Assembly: GCF_009914755.1 (NCBI RefSeq)
Contig: NC_060929.1
Direction: 5' to 3' (one strand)
DNA from: the human T2T-CHM13v2.0 reference genome, Homo sapiens
Length of the DNA stretch: 64,000 nucleotides
Each line of letters starts with the position of its first letter. Position 1 is the first letter of the stretch. Below, piece after piece: positions 1 to 13,649 of the stretch. Below the pieces are notes generated by a model. It had not been told where the DNA came from and ran no database searches. It saw nothing but the letters and a program-made list of their open reading frames with translations. Both the position numbers and the translations under genes were made by a program.

Positions 1-701
1 ACCATCTCACACCAGTTAGAATGGCAATCATTAAAAAGTCAGGAAACAACAGGTGCTGGAGAGGATGTGGAGAAATAGGAACACTTTTACACTGTTGGTG
101 GGACTGTAAACTAGTTCAACCATTGTGGAAGTCAGTGTGGTGACTGCTCTGGGCTCTAGAACTAGAAATACCATTTGACCCAGCCATCCCATTACAGGGT
201 ATATACCCAAAGGATTATAAATCATGCTGCTATAAAGACACATGCACAGGTGTCTTTATTGCAGCACTATTCACAATAGCAAAGACTTGGAACCAACCTA
301 AATGTCCAACAAGGATAGACTGGATTAAGAAAATGTGGCACATATACACCATGGAATACTATGCAGCCATAAAAAAGGATGAGTTCGTATCCTTTGTAGG
401 GACATGGATGAAGCTGGAAACCATCATTCTCAGCAAACTATTGCAAGGACAAAAAAACCAAACACCGCATGTTCTCACTCATAGGTAGGAATTGAACATT
501 GAGAACACATGGACACAGGAAGGGGACCATCACACACTAGGGCATGTTGTGAGGTGGGGGGAGGGGGAAGGGATAGCATTAGGAGATATACTTAAATGAT
601 GAGTTAATGGGTGCAGCACAGCAACATGGCACATGTATACATATGTAACTAACCTGCACGTTGTGCACATGTACCCTAAAACTTAAAGTATAAAAAAAAA
701 A
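1..701 (+). mobile_element. L1PA (about PA4-PA5) 3' end: ORF2 C-terminus, 3'UTR, poly(A); continues upstream of the window
   Basis: Typical L1PA sequence ending ...GTACCCTAAAACTTAAAGTAT plus A-tail; G-rich 3'UTR tract. Confidence 0.95.
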
Positions 702-1500
702 TACTGGAGAACTTAATGTCATACTAATAGAAACCATAAAAAATGAATCACAAAAAGAAAAGAGTATTAATTAAAAAGCGAGAACAGCGCCCAAGTGAGT
801 TGAGAAACTAAATCAAGAGGTCTAAAATATATGTAATATGTGTCCCAAAAGGACAGAGTAAAGAGAGGGGGACAGAAAAAAATTATTCAAGAAAATGGCT
901 TAAATATTGTTTAGTTTGATAAAAATCCACAGGTTAAAGAAGCTCAATGAATCTAAAGGAAATAAATGTAAATAAAACCACAACCAGGCACATTTTAATC
1001 AAATGCCTGAAAACCTACAGGAAGGAAAAATAAACTTGAAAAGAAGCATGAGAACAAAAGATTATGCAGAGGATTAAAACAGACTTCTTATCAGAAACTA
1101 TACAGGTTATGAAATAACTGCTTTAAAGAAGCAAAGGAAAAACTGTTAACCAAGAACTACAAACTTAGTGAAAATATCTTTTAAAATGCAGACAAAATAA
1201 ACATCTTTAGAACAATATAGGTAAAGATGATTCACCGTCAGCACCTAAATTACAAGGAATGTTCAAAGAAGTGGGCAGAAGCCAAATGATGGCAGAACAA
1301 AATAAGGATCTATGCAAATGAATGAATGTACCAGAAATGGTAAATACACAAGTAAATTAAAAAATAATGTTTTAAATCTCCTTAGAAGTTAATTGACTGC
1401 TATGGAAACACTAATACCAATGTATTGTGAGACTTATATGTAGAAATAAAATATATGGTAACAGCACAAAGGCCAGGAAGCAAGAAATGTATCATTTTAA
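702..1500 (+). mobile_element. Ancient L1M ORF1-region fragment (resumes after the Alu at about 1830)
   Basis: A-rich degenerate ORF1-like motifs (gaagctcaatgaatc, accaggcacattttaatcaaa, agacttcttatcagaaac). Confidence 0.65.
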
Positions 1501-1826
<326 letters not shown>

Positions 1827-1952
1827 GTAAGGCTTTTATATGTGAATTTAATGTTAAATGGTGATAAATTAAAACATATACTTTAAAGTCTACTGCAACT
1901 ACTAAAAATAAACAAAAAGTTTAGCTAATTAACAATAGAGGTTAAAATGAAA

Positions 1953-2062
1953 ACATTTAAAATCTACTCTTTTAGCAATTTTGAAATTTACAATATATAA
2001 CTATTAACTATAGTCTTTGTGCTGTGAAAATAGATCTCTCAAACTTATTCCTGCTATCTAGT
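1953..2062 (-). mobile_element. L1MA 3'UTR fragment
   Basis: catttaaaatctactcttttagcaattttgaa...ttaactatagtc...gatctctcaaacttattcc. Confidence 0.65.
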
Positions 2063-2189
2063 GCAAAAGAAAAATTGAAACACACACACACACAAAAACA
2101 AAAACACACAATCCAAAATAAGGCAAGAAAGAGTTAAAAGAATATGAGGCAAACGGAATACAAAAATGATAAATGCAAGTCAAAATTCA

Positions 2190-2470
2190 TTGTTTTATTT
2201 TACTTTTTAAATTACATAAAGTAAAATCCCTCCCCTTTTGAAAATATACAAGTTTCTATGAATTTTAATACATGTAAAGAATTGTGCAACCATAAACACA
2301 ATCCAGGTAAGAAATGTTCTATAACTTTAATTCCTACATCCTATATAACTGCAATGTTTACATAGTCACATGCTTTCCTTCACCCCTAAATCCTGACTGT
2401 CACTGTTCTTCATCACTATAAATTTGCCTTTAAAAAAACATTATATAGATGGAGTTATACAACATATAGC
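2190..2470 (-). mobile_element. Old L1 (L1MC/ME-type) 3' end fragment
   Basis: tacaagtttctatgaattttaatacatgta...gatggagttatacaacatatag resemble old L1 3'UTRs. Confidence 0.5.
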
Positions 2471-2592
2471 TTAGCACAGTAAGAAGAAAAACTAGTGGTA
2501 GCACTCACAGTAGCTCTGAGTTATCTGAGTGTCCCAGAGAAATCAGATTAAGGTAATATTTCATGGTAGGACCTATAGAAAAACGTATGGAA

Positions 2593-2902
2593 GGCCAGAC
2601 GCTGTGGCTCATGCCTGTAATCCCAGCACTTTGGGAAGCTGAGAAGGGCAAATCACGAGGTCAGGAGTTCGAGACCAGCCTGGCCAACATGGTGAAACCC
2701 CGTCTTCACTAAAAATTTAAAAAAAAAAACAGAAAAAAGAAAAAGAAATTAGCTGGGCATAGTGGCAGGCGCCTATAATCCCAGCTACTCGGTAAGCTAA
2801 GACAGGAGAATCGCTTGAACCTAGGAGGCAGAAGTTGCAGTGTGCCGAGACTCCAGCCCGGGCAACAGAGTGAGACAACGTATTAAAAAAAAAAAAAAAA
2901 AA
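2593..2902 (+). mobile_element. AluS (Sg-like) with expanded linker and small right-arm deletion
   Basis: atcacgaggtcaggagttcgagacc; gccgaga joined directly to ctccagcc; A-tail. Confidence 0.93.
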
Positions 2903-3989
2903 ACTGAATTGAAGAAAGTAAGAACCATCTCTCAAGAGAAATAATATAATCCTATGTCTTATGATATTTCCAAAAATAATTATTTAAATGTGACATTAGC
3001 TTACAATCAAACATTTTCTGGAATAGCAGAAGAAAAAGAGCATTAATCAGAATCAGTTAAAAAAAGACCTAGAAGAATTAAGATATTGAAACTATCTGAT
3101 ACAGAATTTTAAGTACCAATCCAAAATATATTGGCAGGTAAAAGACAACATTACAAATTTCAGCAGAAACTTAGAAATTATTTTAGAAATGCATGGTAAA
3201 TTTCTGTGGAATGAGTTGGTTTCTTATCTTCTTCTAAAGATTAAAGCTGTTTTCTAGTAACACTATTATCTCATGGATTTTTTTATAAATTCAGTGTTTT
3301 TCAGTCTACTGCACTCGTTAATCTTTTGGAAGCTCATATTCTCTAAATATGGACACTGGCAGACCCCCCACATGGATTCTTGTTTCCTTTTGGCACTAAC
3401 CCAGTAATCTTTTATTACTTCCTTGCTTTCCAATTTGGCAAAATATGCCAGCTTCTTCCTGTACATTTTCTGACCCTGACATGCAATGATTTCTTCAAAG
3501 AGTACATTTTTTCTTTTTGAAAATATAATTTAGAAACATGTTTTAAAAACATGGTGTTAAACAAAAATGCAACATAACCTGTTTTTAAAAATGAGACACA
3601 TTTGCGTGTATAATTGTGAATGGGTCTGTACATGTAAATGTACTGGAAAAACATATGAGCATTTAAATAATGATTATTTATAGTTTTGGGATAATTTCCC
3701 TTTTTTATACTGAAGATTATTGCTATTTTTTTGTATTAAATAGTTTTGGAAAAAACATTTGTTCAAAGAATCAAAACATTTTTCTTCAAACTGAAACCAA
3801 AGCAAAACAAACTAAAATAAAAACAAACAAAAAGAAACCTTAGTGAATTTGGTATCTGCTTTCATGTTGAGTTGCGCTTAAAGGTCAGTAAATTATATCT
3901 GTTTGATCTGCACAGACAATTTTTTTAATCAATCCTCTTTGCATGAACCTACTTCCTCTTTGGCCTTCTCCGCCTTGTTTTGATGCGGC

Positions 3990-4058
3990 ACAAAAGCCCT
4001 CACCAGAAGCCAAGTAGATGACAATGCCATCCTTCCTGTACAGCCTGCAGAACCATGA
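3990..4058 (+). mobile_element. MST-type MaLR LTR fragment
   Basis: gccctcaccagaagcc...cttcctgtacagcctgcagaaccatga. Confidence 0.65.
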
Positions 4059-4134
4059 TTTGAGAGAATTCTGTTCACATTTCAGACTGAATGCAAGGGA
4101 AAAGAGATTTTATTTTCTTTTTATTAAATAAGAT

Positions 4135-5115
4135 TCCAGTTCAAGATGGCTTACAGGAGACATTGAACACCTGCTCTCTCCAGAAAAAAAAGAACCAAAA
4201 TTACAAATACACAAATTTTAAAGCACTTCAAACACAGGAGAGGAAACTGAGTATATAGCTTGGCCAAGATTGGCCAGGAGCTTAGAAGGGCTCAGTCTTG
4301 CAGGGAAAGAATAAACAAGAGAACTTAAGTTGTCTGCATTTCCACCATGGACTTCTGGATTCCAAACCATCAGAGAGTTCCTCTAGCCACAGAAACCCTG
4401 ACACTAGCATTACTGGTGATCTGTAGACCCTGTGAGGGCACTGCTCACTGCTCCGGACAGGGAACTTGTACTGGGTTACTCATCCCTCCAATATCTAAGT
4501 GGCTGAAGCTGGGCACCTGGGGGAGCACACTCATCACAGGACTGCTTTCTGCCCTAGAAACCATAGTTCCCATATGTCTATATCCCATGAGTGCCCAGAG
4601 TCCACCTGGATGACTGCAGCAGCAAGGTGCTGGCTGGACTCAAAGAGGCTGTGGAGTACCCAGAACTCTAGTGACAGGGAATAATATTCTCTGGAAAATG
4701 GACTGTGCAGTACACAAAGTAACAGCTAGTAGGACAAAGAAAACCAAAGCATGTACTTTCCAAAAGCCAATAGCTCCCTGCCTGGGGCTGTGAGAAGTGA
4801 CTCTGTCCCCAGCAGCAGCACCAACTCTATGCTCAGCCCCACAGGGGGAGAGTGAGATCCCCTCCCACCAGCAGAGTGGCTTCTATGCTCTGGCACATGC
4901 GTAGAGAGCCAGACCTATTCTCCCCTAATACACATACCTGCAGGCACAGCAACTGTTGCCACCGGAAGCTGGGCTAGGTGAGCCAGACAGCTCTCTGACC
5001 TGAACTGTGAGTAGTGACTATGCCTCCATTGGCAGCATGGCCTCTGTTCAAAAGCTCATGAACAAAGGGTGGACTCCCTTTCACTCTTTGTGAGGCACTG
5101 TGGTGCAGTTGCCAC
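4135..5115 (+). mobile_element. Old L1 (L1M/L1MA lineage) 5'UTR remnant
   Basis: Starts ...caagatggc (YY1-type L1 5' start), GC-richer than flanks, abuts an L1MA 3' piece. Confidence 0.55.
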
Positions 5116-5124
5116 AAAGTAACT

Positions 5125-6442
5125 ATATACAGAATATTAAAATGAACCTCTATCTCTCACCTTATAGAACAGTCAACTCCAGATGGATTAAAGACTTAAT
5201 GTAATATATGAAACTATAAACTACTAGAAGAAAACATAGGTAAAACTCTTTAGAACATTGGTCTAGGAAAATGTTTTATGTCTAAAACCTCAAAAGCACA
5301 AGTGACAAAAACAGACAAATGAGATTGTATTAAACTAAAAAGCTTCTGAACAGCAAAAGAAACAATAAATAAAGAGACAACCTCTTAAATGGAAGAAAGT
5401 ATTTGCAAATTACTCATCTGACTAATTACTCATCCAGGACTAGTATCCAGAATATACAAGAAACTCAAACATCTCAACATTTTAAAAAAAAAAAAAACTG
5501 CCTTTAAAAAATGGGCAACGGACATAGATGTTTCTCAAAAGACTAAATGGCCAACACGTATATGAAAAAATATTCAACATCACTAATAATTAAGGAAATG
5601 CAAATCAAAACCACAATGAGATATTATGTCATCCCAGATAGAATGGCTATTATTAAAGGATAAAAATTTCATTCTGGTGAAAATGCAGAAAAAAAAGGAA
5701 CTCTTATACACTGTTGGTGAGAATGTAAATTATTACAATCACGTGGAAAATACTATTTAGATTTCTCAAAAATCTTAAAATGGAATGACTGTATAACCCA
5801 GCAACTCCACTATGGAATGTCTATTGAAAGGGAAAAAAATCAGTATATCAATTGGATACTTTCACTGGCATGTTTATCGCAGCACTATTCACAATAGCCA
5901 CAATATGGAATAAACCTAAGTGCCCACAATGAAAAAATGGTTTAAACAGGTGATATATATACACAACAGAATACTATTTGATCATAAATAGGAAATGAAA
6001 TCATGTCATTTTGGCAACTTGGATGGAACTGGAAGTCATTAAGTGAAATAAGTCAGACACAGAAAGACAAATACCACATGTTCTCACTCATACGTGGAAG
6101 CTAAAAAACTTCATCTCATTGACATAGAGAACAGAAAGATAGATACCACAGACTGGAAGGTAGGGGAAAGAAGGAGAGGAAAAGAGGTTGATTATGGGTA
6201 CAGAGAGAGAGTTAGAAGAAAAAAGTTCTAATTTTTAATAGCATACTAGTGTGACTATACTTAGCAACAATATTATGTATATTTCAAAATAACTAGAAGA
6301 GAATACTTGAAATGATGCCAAAAATAAGCCCTGAAAGTGATGGACATCCCAATTACCCTGACTTGATCATTATACATTATTTGCAGATAACAAGCACTCA
6401 CATTTACCCTTTAAATTTGTAAATAATTATATATCAATAAAA
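5125..6442 (+). mobile_element. L1MA (about MA3-MA5) ORF2 C-terminus and 3'UTR
   Basis: gatggattaaagactt, taaactaaaaagcttctg, ...ccctgacttgatcattatacatt...tatcaataaaa. Confidence 0.9.
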
Positions 6443-6680
6443 GGGAAACATATTTGTAGTGCTAATTAATAAGATATAGAAAACTTACACAAGGAGTCAT
6501 TTACGCGACGTGAGAATAAGCTCTTCATAATATTTGACATTGTTACTATTAGCAAAATTTGTGTTAGTTGGCATAACTTCAGGATGAACTGGCTCAATGC
6601 AAATAGATTTATTTTCAGGGTAATGATAGTAAATACTTATATCAGTATTTAAATATATTTTCCTAATTAAACAAAAATAT

Positions 6681-7028
6681 TTTATTAGTCCGTTCTCATG
6701 CTGCTATGAAGAAATAACCGAGACTGAGTAACTTATAAAGAAAAGAGGTTTAATTGATTCACAGTTCCACATGGCTGGGGAGGCATCAGGAAACTTACAA
6801 TTATGGTGGAAGGTGCCTCTTCATAGGATGGCAGGAGAGAGAATGAATGCAAGAAGGGGAAATGCCAGACATTTCTAAAACTATTGGATCACATGAAACA
6901 ATCACGAGAACAGCATGGGGGAACTGCCCCCATGATTCAATTATCTTCACCTGGTACCACCCTTGACATATGGGGATTATTACAATTCAAGGTGAGATTT
7001 GGGTGGTGACACAGAGCTAAACCTATCA
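6681..7028 (-). mobile_element. THE1 (D-like) solo LTR
   Basis: THE1 termini; exact 5-bp TSD AATAT at 6676-6680 and 7029-7033. Confidence 0.93.
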
Positions 7029-7350
7029 AATATATATAAGGATATTGAAGCATTATAAAACTAAAAATTGAAAATAATGTAAATGGGGATACATAGAAAA
7101 GTAGGTATAAAAATTATGAATACCTGTAAGAGGTATTGCTAAATTACTGTTTTAAAGAATGAAGATCTATCTATATCTACATCAGAATATATCTCTGACA
7201 GTATATGTATGTAGTATTTGTATGTATGTATGTATGTATACATATGCAGAAAGATACAGCATAATCTCCAAGAAGTATGTGAAAAATCTGTCACAGAACA
7301 AGTTATTTTTATTTAATTTTTTAAAGGATAATATTAAGTGCAAAGGATAA

Positions 7351-7388
7351 TATTGGTGCAAAAGTGATTGTGGTTTTTGCCAACCTAA
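7351..7388. mobile_element. Internally deleted MADE1 (Hsmar1-derived MITE)
   Basis: ttggtgcaaaagtgattgtggtttttgc joined to caacctaa. Confidence 0.75.
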
Positions 7389-7599
7389 CAGATTTGAGTG
7401 TTTACATATGTAGCTACACACACCTACTCTGTATTTAATTATGGAAATATAATTATATAACAGAATGTTAACATCAATTATCTCTTGGGAAATGAATACA
7501 TTAAATTCCTGAAGGAGGGTTTCTTTTATTACTTTATGTACTTATATACTGTTTGCAATTGTCCCATAGTCACCTAACAATTACATATTTTTCAAAAGC

Positions 7600-8070
7600 A
7601 TAACATTTATTAAGTATATAAGTTGTTTTACTATACTCACGACATTCTGCAAGTTTCACCAGTATGAAATTCCATAATATTTCATTACCACTAATAGAAA
7701 CCTTGGACCCATTTGCAGTCACTCATTTTTCATATTCCTCCCAGCCTCTGACAACCAATAATCTACTCTCTGTGTTTACAGATTTTTCTATTCTGTATAT
7801 TTCAAATGTAATTATATTATATGTGGTCTTTGTATCTACCTTCTTTGGAATTGCTGAATCATATGGTAACTCTATGTTTTTGAGAAAATGCCAACCTACT
7901 TTCTAAAGTGACTGTACAATTTTACAATTCCACCAGCAATATATGAAGTTTCCAACTTTTCTACATCTTTACTAAGCCTTCTTATTGTCTGCCTTTTGAA
8001 AATTATAACAATTTCAGAGGGTACAAAGTGATATCTCATTGTGGTTTTGATTTGTATTTCCCTAATGACT
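7600..8070 (-). mobile_element. L1MB-type 3' fragment with internal deletion
   Basis: ccagcctctgacaaccaataatctact; ggaattgctgaatcatatggtaactctatg; atctcattgtggttttgatt. Confidence 0.8.
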
Positions 8071-8241
8071 TATATGTCAGTTTACTTCAAGTTGAACATA
8101 ATATTTGATCAGGTTTTCTAACAAAGTCACAAAATTTATTTCAGGAAGTTTCAAAAAGATCCTGATTCCCTACATAATGCCCCAAACTTATATTTTTTTT
8201 TTTACAAATAAGAAATAGAAGATAAATTATTTAAAGACAAC

Positions 8242-8324
8242 TTTTTTTTTTTTTTTTTTTTTTTAATGAGAGAGGGTCTCACTCACCACAGCTTACTTCA
8301 GCTTAGACCTCTCGGGCTCAAGCA
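8242..8324 (-). mobile_element. Truncated AluJ/FLAM fragment with poly(T)
   Basis: T run followed by gagagggtctcactc...gacctctcgggctcaagcaat. Confidence 0.7.
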
Positions 8325-9998
8325 ATAGACTCAACATTTGTTTCACAAAAAAAAAAAAAAAAATTATATGTGCTTTGAATTAAGACCACTGAGGGACTTT
8401 GTTAATTGTATAAATATCAATTTTCTACCCATTCATTAATCTTTAATAAAAATGTAATTTATTACATAAGTTAGGGACTCATTTCTTCAGTACTGTGTAA
8501 CGTAATTGCTACCTTTACTGGAAAGTTTTATGAAAGTGTCATCGTATAACTGCAAATATTATTTGCTTTCTTAGTGTCATTTATTTAGACCCACTTATAA
8601 CAAAATAAAAATAATGCAATACATACATTCTAATGTAAACAATATATTTATTCTTTGTATGAGGTGTCATTCACATCTTATAAGTCAAATTTATGTCGGT
8701 TATATATCTTTAAGAATTTGTGAAAATCCTTATGAATTTACAAAGTAATATTCAATATTAAGTTAGCATTTTTAGGCAGGGTTTCCATGAAATTGATACA
8801 TCAGTTCAATGTAACAATAGTGTATTATTGCAAAGTTTCACAAGTATAGTAATGATAATTTTAAAAGGTAAGAACCTTTGGTTTCCAGTCTGGCACATAA
8901 TGCTGGCCAACCTACAGGTTCTCGAGAAAACAACCAAAGAATTGCCAATATAACAGAAAATAGAAATCAATGCCAGAAAGGAAAAAGGTTGTTTGCATGT
9001 GAGATACTTAAAGGAATGTCAAAAGATAGTGTACAAATGAAAGAGAATACTTGAAGTGCATTAAAGAGGACGTGAATTACCTCATGTTTAGAGAAACTTC
9101 CTTTCTGTAATAAGTGGAAGACACAAACAACCCGCTGAAATGTTCTCCACTCAGAGAATTTGGGACTGGAGGAAGAAAACAGGTTAAGGTTGACTGATAT
9201 TTTGGAGTTACCACCCCATTCATGCTTATAGGAGATGTTTCAGACACCTCAGACTAAGATTGCAGGGCCTTGGCAATGCACAATGGTTGGCTAGATCTTA
9301 TGAAGGCAGTAGCAAGATAATTCTAAATGAAGGCAGGTAAGCCAGTTAGAAAGTAGACACTGAAACTAATTTAAGCTTCTTCAAGGAGAAAAATCTCTCA
9401 ATAGCAGAGGAAAAGATACTTGGTCTATATACTTCAGCCCATTATTCCTTTTCATTGGCACCTGGGATTCTGACGTAACAAAGTAAAACTACTCTTAAGT
9501 TTTCTTCGTTCGTTTGTATCTCAAAGACTTACGTAGGGACACCATGATCTTTAAAAACCCATATAAAGTAATGATTCTAGACAAACAAAGACTTAATTTC
9601 CTAAGAATGGTGAGCAAACAAAAAATTCAAAATATTTTGTAAAATAAATTGGAGGACCAAAATTGTTTCCTTGTTTGTATTGGCAACAAGAAACAATGTG
9701 AACATTTTAAAAAAATCCCTTTTTTATTTTCAAAGAAATTTAAGAAGCTAATCATTTATGCAATTTAACTGGAAGGTCATGACAATGGAATGGAAACATT
9801 ATTTAGGGAAATTACCGTAATTTATTTTTGTTAAATGTGTGAAAGTTTAAACATATTGGATCCTGCCATAGAACAATCCACAAATTAGAAGACAAAACAA
9901 AAAAATTCTGCTACACAGAGAAATGAAATAAAAAAGTGAAAATTTATTAATGGCAATAAACTTATAGAAAAGATAAAAAGTAATACATATGTTATACA

Positions 9999-10489
9999 TG
10001 TATTAGTCTGTTTTCATACAGCTATAAAGAACTGCCCAAGATTGGGTAATTTATAAAGGAAAGAGGTTTAATTTACTCACAGTTCAGCATGGCTGGGGAG
10101 GCCTCAGAAAACTTACAACCATGGCGGAAGGCAAAGACAAAACAAGCCACCTTCCCAAGCCAGCAGTAAGGAGAAGTGCCAAGCAAAGGGAGGAAGAGCC
10201 CCTTATAAAGCCATCAGATCACATGAGAACTCACTCATTATTATGAGAACAGCATGGGGGAAACCGCCCCTGTGATTCAATTACCTCCGCCTGGTCTCTC
10301 CCTTGATTCAATTACCTCTACCTGGTCTCTCCCCGCCCTGTGATTCAATTACCTCCACCTGGTCTCTCCCCGGCCTGTGATTCAATTACCTCCACCTGGT
10401 CTCTCCCTTGACCTATGGGGATTATTGGGATTATGGGAATTACAAGTCAAGATGAGATTTGGGTGGGAACACAAAGCCTAACCATGTCA
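9999..10489 (-). mobile_element. THE1 (D-like) solo LTR with internal tandem expansion
   Basis: tgtattagtc...aaccatgtca termini; flanks ATACA/ATATG fit a CpG-decayed ATACG TSD. Confidence 0.93.
10273..10407. repeat. Four copies of a 30-bp core TGATTCAATTACCTCCACCTGGTCTCTCCC
   Basis: Copies start at 10273, 10304, 10341 and 10378. Confidence 0.95.
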
Positions 10490-11214
10490 ATATGTATCTG
10501 GAGAAACCCATAACATAAGCTTGGCATATAAATGTAGTTTTTTTCTTTTATAATTAACTTCAGATTAATTCCTTCTGTCCTTAACTAGCATGTTTACAGG
10601 TGATCTGTATCTCTACTTTGAGACTTCTGCTCACAGAATGATATAAAAACATCAGAAGGCTTCAGTTACTTTTGGAGTTATACTTCAAAAGCCCTAAACC
10701 CTAATGTGGGAAAGAGATAACTGTGAATTTCAATGTGTTGATTTGCAATATGTTCAATATATTGTTCATTAGCGCTTTGTTGCCATCACTGCCACATGCT
10801 GTAGCTTTAAAAAACAATTTCAAAGAGGCTGATGAGCAATTGCTGTAGAAATGTCCTTAAACAGGCACTGTGGGACACTCCACTTATTAAGGTCATACTC
10901 ATATCATACATTCAGCCAGTTTTTAAGTTTTAAGCTAGGGTCTGTGACAGCATAGCCAAGTCCAGAAACCCTGGCAGGTTTATTTGTACTCTAAGCCAGA
11001 AGGTAACCAACTTACTGGCTCTTTTCTTGAGTCTAAATCCTCAGCTTAAACTTCTACTTCCTGCTTTGTGAGTCCTCCTTTGGGGTTCATGAGGACCTTT
11101 CCTTTCTATAAACTTTGTTCTGGGCCACTCTGTGCTAATCCAGTGAGGTCCCCTGACTTCAATTGTGGAGACAGAGATTCTGATCTTGGTTTCTGCATTT
11201 GTAATATGTCCTAG

Positions 11215-11270
11215 ACAGAGCCAGCTATATAATTTTTGGGCCTCAATGCAAAATGACAATGTGAGGTCTG
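11215..11270. mobile_element. MER45/MER91-like hAT terminal fragment
   Basis: cagagccagctatataatttttgggcctcaatgcaaaatgacaatg. Confidence 0.5.
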
Positions 11271-11757
11271 ACAACTGCTCCTTCTTTATCTATGACTTTT
11301 TCCTTCAGGCTTATTTTAAATAATACTTAGTGCCAAAACTAGAGTACATATCCCTTTTGTGTGCAAAGTACCTACTCAAATTTTACCTTAAATCATCTCA
11401 CTTTCTAAGGGCCTGTTTACTTGCCTATGCACACTTTAAGCCTGATGGTCATGAAGAAAGGAAATTTACCTTGGTTACCATTGTATCCCTAAATGTTTGC
11501 GCATTGTAAGATACATAGTAGATTCTCAATAAATATCTACTGAGTGAAACGGGAAGTATAACTATTAGAACAATGAAAATATAACCAAGGTACCACCATT
11601 CATTAATGAACATTTAATCTATTAAACATCAATGAAAATGGAATTGTGCAGAACCTTGCCTACCTATATACTGGATCGGTTCTATATGGCCTTATTTTTT
11701 TGCAAGCTGAAGTGACATTGTACAAATGAAAAATACGGGAACGCTTATGTAAAATTA

Positions 11758-11792
11758 TTAGGTTGGTGCAAAAGTAATTACTCCCAACCTAA
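11758..11792. mobile_element. Collapsed MADE1, 35 bp, with TA target duplications
   Basis: TA|TTAGGTTGGTGCAAAAGTAATTACTCCCAACCTAA|TA. Confidence 0.85.
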
Positions 11793-12829
11793 TAAGTTAG
11801 CAAAGGGGACTGCAGAGGTTAATAGTGTCAGTACAGACTCATGATGGAAATGTATGAGTCTTTCAGTAAATTAAATTTGCCTATTTCCATTTTTGTCATT
11901 CAATATCTTTTACTAGTTCTTTGGACTTTCTTACTGATTTTGAGCTTATCACAAAAAGATGGGCTCATTACAGCCCAGTAAATTTTAAAAATAATAACCA
12001 TAAATGCCATATATTATACAGAGTAAGAAAAACAACATTTAATGCCTGAGACTAAAATAACCATGGAGAAATTCAAATACTCTGTATCAAAAATAGGCAG
12101 AGCTGACTAGCATGAAGGTTGGTGAATGTGGAAGTCCTTAAGTTAAAAGTTAGAAAACAGAAAACTGCCTGTAGGATAAAGAGGATCATATTAGAGGAGG
12201 ATCAAATGGAGCCTTACAAGAAGCAGGTGAGATTACACTTGCAAACCCATACTTTAAAGGGACAGCAAACATCAAAGGTTCAGTTGAACTGAGCATGTTT
12301 TCCCTTTACTGTGCTGGCAACTGTAAATTGTTTCCTAAAGAATTGTTTCTTACTGAAATAACTAAATGCTCATTACGTAATGATAAATAATAACATAAAA
12401 AGCAGTTAAGACCAGATGGAGGCAGAACACAGAATGAGGCTATAGTTTGAAGATAAAGGAGCTTAAACTTTTAGAATCATTAAACTGCTTGGTTTTGAAA
12501 GCCTTTTTTGCCAATATAATTGAAGAAAATAATTAATGCACAACAATAATGAGGACAGCTTTTACACGCTTTCCTTTTGTTTAATTTTTATCATTCTTGA
12601 TGCGTTGCCAGAATTTTGTTTTTTATATTAATGCGGAGTGCTCCATATGTTGGATTTCTTTCTCCTTTAAATGTGGGAAGAACTAATTTCTTTAAGAAGC
12701 AGAAAATTAACAGCCCTATATTTGTCTTAACCCTAGACTTTTAATAAATAGACATTTTAGATCATGACTGAGGCCATTTAAATATTTAGTATCTCTCACT
12801 GCTTCTGCATTGAAAAACTGAAAGCTAGA

Positions 12830-13305
12830 GATTAGTTCTGCTCCTCAATGTTGCCAAGTTCATTTCTACCTAAGAGATAATTGTATTTTGCTCAGTCCTC
12901 TGTCTAAAATGCTCATTCATTCACCAGGCCCTTGTGTGGCCCGGTCTTCCTAAATATACAGTTTTTTGTTCAATATCACCACCTTGGAGAAGGCTTCCTC
13001 AACCACCCAATTAGCTCACCCTAGTCAACCTCTATCACAGCATTGTGTTTCATTTTTCTTAATGTAATGATTTATGAGTAGATCAATATCCAAAGATCTA
13101 TATCCATCTATAAACCAATCTATAGGTACTTCTATATCTATATATATAATTTGCATAATTGCTTACTATTTTCTCCTATTAGAAGTTTCATGAGAAGAGA
13201 TCTTGTTCTGTTTTGTAAACTATGCTGTGTCCATTTCCTAGAAGAGTATCTGACATTACTGGGTGCATAATAAATACTTTCTGATGAAAGAATGTATGCT
13301 TACAT
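12830..13305 (+). mobile_element. L2 3' end
   Basis: gagaaggcttcctcaaccaccc; aagtttcatgagaagagatcttg; cctagaagagtatctgacat...ataaatact. Confidence 0.7.
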
Positions 13306-13649
13306 ACATGAATGGAAGGTACTTTGGAATGTTGATAGGAGGAATAAAACAAGATACTGTAAAATTGCATCTTGAACAGCTTCATCTCGATCCTAGCTTA
13401 AGTTCGAGAATAAATAAATAATTGAATTATTTGTGAACACTGGAAAAAAAACAGTAATTCTTAGAACTCAGAATCGTGAAAAAGGCATGTGATATTATGA
13501 TACATGTTCATGAAAAATAGAAAAGAATATTTGAAGAGAAAAATAAGTGTAAATTCTTAGATAACCTCATCCTTCGATGAAAATCTCTGCATATTTTAGT
13601 CTACACTTGATGACAGCACATGCCCTGATATCTGAGTGCCTCTTTATGT

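Noticed and set aside
8880-9990. Possible very old L1/HAL1 remnant
   Set aside because: Too degenerate to assign by eye.
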